Of a DNA stretch of 64,000 nt, positions 57,914-64,000 are shown one piece after another (position 1 is the first letter of the stretch; each line of letters begins with the position of its first letter). The DNA lies in the IMG/VR virus record IMGVR_UViG_3300031994_000033, positions 1-64,000 of that record; one strand, written 5' to 3'. The notes under the pieces were generated by a model. That model had not been told where the DNA came from. It saw nothing but the letters and a program-made list of their open reading frames with translations, and ran no database searches. This stretch comes from a virus. Taxonomy: Duplodnaviria > Caudoviricetes. Made by a program: the position numbers and the translations under genes.

Positions 57914-58807
57914 ATGGGAATCATGGAAAAGCTTTCTGATATGAGAAGAAGAGTCGATGAAGACTGGAGAGACGACGCTAGAGCCGCTAAAGCGGCGAAG
58001 TGGGTACACGATTTTCATCGCGAAAGACTAGAGAAGCTGGACTTCAGGATGGACACCAGTTTTGGTGACTTCAAAGTGGAAATAAAACCTAGCCGGAATG
58101 GCGGACTCGGGGTAAGTGTCTATCTTGGAGACGATTATCTATTCTACGAGAATTTCGAAAATGGCAAAGAGGTGAAAGAGTTTATCGAGAACGAACTGAC
58201 TGATAAGATCTATGAAAGAGTTCGAGATAAGTTAAAATATAAGATCGAGAAGATGCCGAGAGATGAGGCGAAGTCAGTATTGAAAAGATTTGACGGTCTT
58301 CTTGATGAGCTCGATAAAGAAGTCGATCTGAAGATAGACTTTGACGAACTTGATCGAAAGCTGCATCGTTACCAAGTATATTCGAATGCTCTGAATGCTA
58401 GAAATAGCAACAAGTCTGATCTAGAGTATCGTGCTAGAAGAAACTTCGAGAAGGAACACGGATTCGAAGTAGGTGACGTAGTCTATGGCACTCACAGATC
58501 AGATCTGAGAGACGGAAAGGCTTATGTCGTAACTGAAATTATGAAAAACGCTAGTGACAATCGGCACTGGAAGTACAAAGTCGAACCTGAGAACGGTCGC
58601 GGTCAGGGGGCTATAGTCTATGGATATCAGCTCTATCTTGACAGTGACGCGATAGACGCAGCCATCAACAACCCAGACGATCCGAAGTATACACCGAAGT
58701 TCGACCAGCAGCAGTACATGATTGACCGCTATAGCGCTGACCGTCAGTTCGACGAAGCAGTCGAACTTCTAAACAGCTGCGGCATGATCGTAGAATCCAG
58801 ATCGTAA
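57914..58807 (+). CDS. Hypothetical late protein with a KOW/SH3-like segment
   Basis: FEVGDVVYG..YVVTEI..YKVE; C-terminal DEAVELLNSCGMIVES. Confidence 0.65.
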   Translation: MGIMEKLSDMRRRVDEDWRDDARAAKAAKWVHDFHRERLEKLDFRMDTSFGDFKVEIKPSRNGGLGVSVYLGDDYLFYENFENGKEVKEFIENELTDKIYERVRDKLKYKIEKMPRDEAKSVLKRFDGLLDELDKEVDLKIDFDELDRKLHRYQVYSNALNARNSNKSDLEYRARRNFEKEHGFEVGDVVYGTHRSDLRDGKAYVVTEIMKNASDNRHWKYKVEPENGRGQGAIVYGYQLYLDSDAIDAAINNPDDPKYTPKFDQQQYMIDRYSADRQFDEAVELLNSCGMIVESRS

Positions 58808-58829
58808 CAGAAACTATATAAAAATCGTC

Positions 58830-58862
58830 AAAATCTCTGTAGAATTTCTACAGAGATTTTTT
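58830..58862. terminator. Bidirectional terminator-like palindrome
   Basis: AAAATCTCTGTAGAA-T-TTCTACAGAGATTTT. Confidence 0.75.
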
Positions 58863-58873
58863 CTTGTTTTAGT

Positions 58874-58903
58874 GTTTAGAATTCTCATGAAAATACCTAT
58901 ATT
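58874..58903 (+). promoter_or_regulatory. Early promoter
   Basis: gTTTAGA-17-TATATT with AAATACC before the -10. Confidence 0.8.
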
Positions 58904-58933
58904 ATAGGCGTAAACAAAACAAGGACCGTCAAT

Positions 58934-59239
58934 ATGAAGTACACGAAAGACCAAAAGACCCGCATGATCGCTAAGCTAGAATCCATGAAGAGCGGCACTA
59001 TCTTCGACCTCAACAAGAAGGACGTCTGTCCCATCAAGTGCAAGCTCGTCAAAGACCGCAACTCTCTTTCGATCCTCGCTACAGAGCTCAACGACGAAGT
59101 TCTCTTCACTGCTAATGGTCCTCATAAAAAGGTCATGGAAACTGCCGTCGACTGCATCGAAGACTACATCAATCACTGGGATCTGATGGTGAAGCAGTTC
59201 TTCATCTCTAAAGCCCGCTTGGAAGGCTACGAACCTTAA
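58934..59239 (+). CDS. Hypothetical early protein
   Basis: After the early promoter; AAGGA RBS. Confidence 0.75.
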   Translation: MKYTKDQKTRMIAKLESMKSGTIFDLNKKDVCPIKCKLVKDRNSLSILATELNDEVLFTANGPHKKVMETAVDCIEDYINHWDLMVKQFFISKARLEGYEP

Positions 59240-59300
59240 CAAATTTGTTTATTTTAACATTGTGAATTGTTAAGATCTAAAAATATCTTATATTATAGAT

Positions 59301-59371
59301 AACGGCTGGTCGTTGTTAGCTCCGGATCAGCCTGAGCGCTACCGTCCTGGTCCTTCGATAGCGCTCTTTTT
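59301..59371 (+). ncRNA. Candidate ~70-nt two-hairpin sRNA
   Basis: TATATT -10 at 59289-59294; hairpin 59304-59332; hairpin 59334-59366 followed by TTTTT; no ORF. Confidence 0.5.
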
Positions 59372-59374
59372 GTG

Positions 59375-59382
59375 TATAAATA
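59375..59382 (+). promoter_or_regulatory. Late promoter TATAAATA
   Basis: Exact consensus just before ATG 59390. Confidence 0.75.
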
Positions 59383-59389
59383 CTTTGAT

Positions 59390-61774
59390 ATGATCATTGA
59401 AGTGTTCAAAGAGAGTGTAGAGAAAGTAAGGCTGTTCGACGCTATAAATCCGGACTATGTCAATTGGATGTTCGACAGCAAGAACCGTCGAGACGGAGTC
59501 TCTGCTCCACCGTATAGAAACGAAGAGCAGGTTATGCCTGATGGATCTGAGAGATCCTTCATAAATGGGTTAGCGCCGCTTGATCACGATCTGCCTGGAA
59601 CTATCTACTTCGACACTGCAAACGGCGTTAGCCGAGTATACAGCACTCAGAAGAACATCGTCCTTGATTATGCTTCTCCTGCGTTGATGAGCTATACTGG
59701 ATCGTTCACTGGTTTCGACTCAGAAGAGAGTGAATATCAATGGACGCTCGAGCTAGTCATAAAAGACGATAGCGGAATCGATCCAGGAGCATATACTCTC
59801 CAGAAAGTCGTCGGCGAAGAGCGGACTGATCTAGTAAAGTACTCTAGAAAGAACGGAGACGCCCCGTATTGGAACAGCGAAGCTGAGATAGACAACGCTG
59901 GAATACTAGTCGAGGTGACGCAGTCTCTGGTCGACAAGAGCATGTATAGAGTCTCTGTCAGGATGGATCCGAAAAACGGCGAGCTATCTGCGCTACTGAC
60001 GAAGTGCGACGAGGATGGCTATTTCGAGTATCTTCGACTCGGCTTCACATTCTACGACCTCGCTGGAAATGCTCTGACTGGAACACTAGATAAGCCCTTC
60101 GTCAAGTACGACATATCGAGAGAAGAGCTGTTCAAAGATGTCCGTAAGCTGTCTATGTCGTTTATCGACACATATCCCTCAAATCTGTTCATCGACGAGA
60201 ACGTGATAGGCAAGACGACTATATCAGTTGCGAATCCTAACGCTTCACTGATTGAATATGGCTTCAAAATCAAGATTGGACTCAGATCTGACTCTGTCGG
60301 CTATCTATCTGGAGCAACAGACGAGGATCTAGAGAACGGAACGGCTACTCAGCTAGTTGACGGAATCGATAGAAGCGGATCAGTCATCGCTTACGCATAT
60401 CTCGATGGATCAGTCGGAAATCTCGAATGCAGCATATCGGGAGAAACTATCGCGTTTGAGCTAGACAAGAGCATCTCTGCAAAAGTCAGATCGATGACTT
60501 ATGTCGAGAAAGAGCTAGGAACTTTCATAACGGAGTGTGAAGACAATAAGCGAAAGATATATGTCGATCCATTTGTTCCTAGCGTATTGAAGAACGAGAA
60601 GATCTTCGGTCTCTGTAAGCTGTTCGAGAGATATCTCAACAGCATGTACACTCCATTGTCAGGAGACTGCCGAATAGGAATTCTGGAGAAGATCGAGAGA
60701 GTTGGAGAATTCAAGGATCCAGACTTCTGTGAGCCAGAACTTTTACCTAATTTTGCTGAAGAGCATGGATCAGAGATAACATTTAACTACCAGGACGTCA
60801 AAGAAGCAGCTGAGATTCTAGCTAAGTACGAGTCTAGCGGAATGACAGAAGACGGCAATGAGCTGACGAACAAGATCTACCGTCGTTACTACAGCATTCT
60901 GCCCTATATCGACCGCTGGAAAGGAACTATGCGCTCGATCGAGCTTCTCTATCGAGTTCTCGGAATAGACGCTAAGCTTAATCCGCTATGGGAAGGTCCT
61001 ACTGGCGACATGGTCGAAGAAGATAGAGCTGGATCTGACTACAGGCTATCCTCTCATCTGTCGTTGACTTTGAAATCTGAAAAGATCTCTACTGCTGACA
61101 TGAAGAAGCTTTCGAACTTCGCTATGAAAGCGGTCAAGTCGATACTTCCAGTCAATCGAGTGATATCTGACGTCAAAGTATATGACGATCTTGTCAGCGA
61201 TCGGAATGAGACGTTCTTGTTCACGACAACTAGCGTCATTGAGCAGAAGCCGTCTTTGATGGAGAAGATCGCCTTCGCTTGGCAGACGAAGAAGATGAAG
61301 AAGATCGTAAACGTATCTGGAGACTCTTTTGATATAGTCATTCCGATGTTCGCCGAAGAAGTCGAAGTTGGACACACTTCAGATGCTAGCATGACATTCT
61401 CGGTCCCAGACAACTGCGCATTCTATTTCACTCGTTTCGATAGAATGATCAAGGCTTATAATGGCGAGAAAGATTTGACGCTGAGCGTAGCCGGATTATC
61501 TGGCCACTGTCTAGTTCCAAAGAATGTCAATATAACATTCAAAGTGATCGGGGTTTCTCTTGGCAGAAACACGATCAAGATCAAAGCGAAGAAGACGAGA
61601 AACTATCAGTCTCTGATCACTGTCTACAACAACAATCTTGACAGCACAACTAGCTATATAGCGGCAGCATTCAAGTTCTCTAGAGCAGTCGATGACTATT
61701 GCGAGTCGATGTCGCTAGCAGACTATGACATACAAGAGTCTCTTACGACTCCGTATCAGTACGAGGAATCCTGA
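59390..61774 (+). CDS. Baseplate wedge protein with a P2 gpI/gp7-like segment
   Basis: DPDFCEPELLPNFAEEHG..RRYYSILPYIDRWKGTMRSIELLYRVLG; start revised to ATG 59390. Confidence 0.6.
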   Translation: MIIEVFKESVEKVRLFDAINPDYVNWMFDSKNRRDGVSAPPYRNEEQVMPDGSERSFINGLAPLDHDLPGTIYFDTANGVSRVYSTQKNIVLDYASPALMSYTGSFTGFDSEESEYQWTLELVIKDDSGIDPGAYTLQKVVGEERTDLVKYSRKNGDAPYWNSEAEIDNAGILVEVTQSLVDKSMYRVSVRMDPKNGELSALLTKCDEDGYFEYLRLGFTFYDLAGNALTGTLDKPFVKYDISREELFKDVRKLSMSFIDTYPSNLFIDENVIGKTTISVANPNASLIEYGFKIKIGLRSDSVGYLSGATDEDLENGTATQLVDGIDRSGSVIAYAYLDGSVGNLECSISGETIAFELDKSISAKVRSMTYVEKELGTFITECEDNKRKIYVDPFVPSVLKNEKIFGLCKLFERYLNSMYTPLSGDCRIGILEKIERVGEFKDPDFCEPELLPNFAEEHGSEITFNYQDVKEAAEILAKYESSGMTEDGNELTNKIYRRYYSILPYIDRWKGTMRSIELLYRVLGIDAKLNPLWEGPTGDMVEEDRAGSDYRLSSHLSLTLKSEKISTADMKKLSNFAMKAVKSILPVNRVISDVKVYDDLVSDRNETFLFTTTSVIEQKPSLMEKIAFAWQTKKMKKIVNVSGDSFDIVIPMFAEEVEVGHTSDASMTFSVPDNCAFYFTRFDRMIKAYNGEKDLTLSVAGLSGHCLVPKNVNITFKVIGVSLGRNTIKIKAKKTRNYQSLITVYNNNLDSTTSYIAAAFKFSRAVDDYCESMSLADYDIQESLTTPYQYEES

Positions 61775-63213
61775 TGGAAAGAGTAGAGTCGATGCAGTCA
61801 GACAAGGCGCTAGCACCACTGAACAATTTTCTGTTCAAGTGTGAATTCTCACCTGTAGCTGTTGGCGACAATCTATTCTCATATACTGTACTGAAGAAGA
61901 TGAACTACTCGGTCAAGGACATAAAGCTTCCGAAGATGAAGTCTGAGAGCGTCGAGCAAATTCAATACGGATCTTTCTTCGTCTCTTTCCCGTTCTTCGC
62001 TACTGGCGACAAAGAGATGACCATCACCTTCTACGAGACTGACGACATGATGCTCTCGAAGATCTTCTATGCTCTTCAAGCACAGAATCGATGGAGACCA
62101 ACGACAATCTTCAGAGACGCTCAGGCGCAACTCTTCGTCGATGTCGTGATATATGACCAGAGAAGCACACTTTCACCTAAAGAGCACGAGCTGTATCGAA
62201 ACAGATATGGTCTGCTGTTCACATATTTGGATCAACCTAAGTTTGACCGATCTAATGACGCTGACCTATGCACTGTCACTGCACACTTCAACACGATAGA
62301 AGGCGAATACACTAGTGGAAACTGGGACGGATCGAGAAAGGCTCTATTGCACAGCGACTTTAACGCAGTCAACGAGATGAAGATTGGAGACGGCAAGAAC
62401 GGTGGTCTAGACACAGAAGCAGACAATGCTGCAGTTTCGCTACAAGACATCGAAAATCGATTCACAACATGGCTAGGGGAAAGAGAAGCTGAAAAATCAA
62501 AGGAGCATTCAGATGGCGATGGTCACCAATACGAGACGAGGATAGGAACTCAGGATAAGGACTTGAGAAGGTTCTCAGAAGCGCTCGGTTCCGACAACCG
62601 CAAACGCATGCAGTATCTGGCCGATCATCCTGATAAGATCAAAGAGCTTAGAAAGCTACTAATGAATAAAGGAGTCGATGTCGAGGATGATTCGGATCTT
62701 GTTGATGCTCTATACTCTATGGGCATCATCGGCGGTACATATCTATCTGGTGGATATTGTCAGCAGGGAGCGTCAGTCATTGACGCTATCAAGTTCGGTA
62801 CTGAACGCGTACAGGCTGAAACTGCATCTAAGTCAGTTGATGCTTGGCTAAAGACCAAACTCTACAATGAAGATAAGAAGCTCGAAAAGAATGTCAAGTC
62901 AGTAGATGAAGTGAATAAGTATATACAAGAGCTGATCGACAAGGGAGAAATCCAAGAAGGAGACCAGTTGATCATTGATTATCCAAACAAAGACGGAAAA
63001 GAACAGCCAGGGCACATCTTCAGAATGCTATTTAGAGAGAAACCGAACGCAAGAGGACAAGTCGGCTGGGGAGCAGCCGCTGACTATCTACACACTAGCT
63101 ATTCTGGTCTAGGTGGAAAGCATGAAGTGTCTAGAATAAGAGTTATAAAGAAGGCTTTGCGAGATGAAGAAGCCGCTCTAGTCGAAAAGACAACACCAGG
63201 TTCAAAACCGTAA
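61774..63213 (+). CDS. Tube-fold protein with a C-terminal Cys/His hydrolase-like domain
   Basis: N-terminal VKDIKLP..MTITFYETDD; C-terminal GGYCQQGAS..EGDQLII..PGHI. Confidence 0.55.
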   Translation: MERVESMQSDKALAPLNNFLFKCEFSPVAVGDNLFSYTVLKKMNYSVKDIKLPKMKSESVEQIQYGSFFVSFPFFATGDKEMTITFYETDDMMLSKIFYALQAQNRWRPTTIFRDAQAQLFVDVVIYDQRSTLSPKEHELYRNRYGLLFTYLDQPKFDRSNDADLCTVTAHFNTIEGEYTSGNWDGSRKALLHSDFNAVNEMKIGDGKNGGLDTEADNAAVSLQDIENRFTTWLGEREAEKSKEHSDGDGHQYETRIGTQDKDLRRFSEALGSDNRKRMQYLADHPDKIKELRKLLMNKGVDVEDDSDLVDALYSMGIIGGTYLSGGYCQQGASVIDAIKFGTERVQAETASKSVDAWLKTKLYNEDKKLEKNVKSVDEVNKYIQELIDKGEIQEGDQLIIDYPNKDGKEQPGHIFRMLFREKPNARGQVGWGAAADYLHTSYSGLGGKHEVSRIRVIKKALRDEEAALVEKTTPGSKP

Positions 63214-63219
63214 TAAGAT

Positions 63220-64000
63220 ATGCAGTACAACATCTTTCACAACGACTTCTATGAAGAAATGCCCGGACTCAGCTGGGCGTATAGGCTAGACGTATTGCTT
63301 GGAGAATCTCCTGAGCCGATACTGAGGCTCGGAAAAGCGGTGAAAGATGTCGACCTGCCAGAAGCTGAGCTGAAAGTGCAGCAGGCGTTCTTCTCTGGAC
63401 TCGTGTTCAGAATTCCGATAAGATACAAGAATAGCGGAACATTCTCGATTACGTTCAACGACAACAAGAGACTCGACGTCTATCGAGATCTGATGAGGCT
63501 GTTCAGACGTTCTTATGACAATCGAGAGCAGAACAATGTGCCTGCCAGCGAAGAGTTTAGAGAGATGTATCAGACGATCGGTTCAGACTATAGGCAGAGA
63601 AAGTATAGCGACTTGAGTCAAGAACTATCGTTCGTCATCTATGAGATCGATCCTAGAAAGATAAACTACAGAGACACTCAGCTCATAAGTGAAGTAAGAG
63701 GCGAAGAACTGAGAATAGTTGGACTAGAGACTAATGATCCAGAGGTCGTAGCTAAGTATACGATACGTGACTGCTATATAGAGAATATCGAAGAGATAAC
63801 GTTCGACTATAGCAGTGAAGAGTGCGTCGAATGGTCTTTGAAAGTTCACTTCAATTCGTTCAAAGTTGATTATCATAATCAAGACAAGATCTACATGCCT
63901 GAGCATGAACTAGATGGATTCGAGATGGAAAATCTCGACATGACTGGCTACTTGCCCGATTCTGAATCACGCTACATCGCTAAGTTCGATCCAAAGCGTG
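63220..64000 (+). CDS. Tube-fold (gp54/gp19-like) protein, truncated by the window end
   Basis: Not in the track. MQYNIFHNDFY..VKDVDLPE..SGTFSITFND..DCYIENIEEITFDYS, open to the edge. Confidence 0.7.
   Translation, partial: MQYNIFHNDFYEEMPGLSWAYRLDVLLGESPEPILRLGKAVKDVDLPEAELKVQQAFFSGLVFRIPIRYKNSGTFSITFNDNKRLDVYRDLMRLFRRSYDNREQNNVPASEEFREMYQTIGSDYRQRKYSDLSQELSFVIYEIDPRKINYRDTQLISEVRGEELRIVGLETNDPEVVAKYTIRDCYIENIEEITFDYSSEECVEWSLKVHFNSFKVDYHNQDKIYMPEHELDGFEMENLDMTGYLPDSESRYIAKFDPKR

Noticed and set aside
59301-59371. tRNA gene
   Set aside because: The size fits, but there is no cloverleaf, acceptor stem or T-arm; no tRNA was recognised anywhere in the window.
20458-59390. Track start positions 20458, 20810, 24059, 27943, 46654, 55004 and 59372
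   Set aside because: Each overlaps a neighbouring gene, promoter or leader structure; downstream ATGs with an RBS or translational coupling fit better.
1736-64000. Stop-codon reassignment (TAG/TGA), as seen in some gut phages
   Set aside because: Conserved genes are full length in code 11, and TAG or TGA end genes at the expected positions (e.g. gp13 at 6782, gp47 at 16858).

Overview
This 64 kb window is part of a large T4-like (myovirus) phage genome in the standard genetic code, and its T4-type gene order is scrambled. Virion genes include gp6, gp19-like tube, gp13, gp14, gp5 spike, two gp26-like, gp15, two gp68-like, an enlarged gp18 sheath, gp25, gp3 and further tube-fold paralogs. They are interleaved with replication and recombination genes (gp46/gp47, UvsY, PolB, UvsW, an exonuclease, an AEP-like protein) and with small early-gene islands. 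Two promoter classes are visible: T4-type late promoters (TATAAATA) and a sigma70-like early promoter (TTTA[C/G]A-17-TATATT). A Fib_succ_major domain and GLUG-like motifs hint at a Fibrobacter/Bacteroidota-type host (inference). Highlights: (1) a candidate ~70-nt sRNA whose loop is complementary to the ribosome-binding sites of the three early-promoter genes; (2) a likely DGR variable region whose RT and TR are not in the window; (3) an endonuclease-methyltransferase fusion missed by the ORF track; (4) an AEP-like gene flanked by origin-like repeats; (5) a PolB with a probable ATT start and large insertions; (6) a tube-fold protein fused to a Cys/His hydrolase-like domain. All family assignments come from motif recognition by eye, not from database searches.
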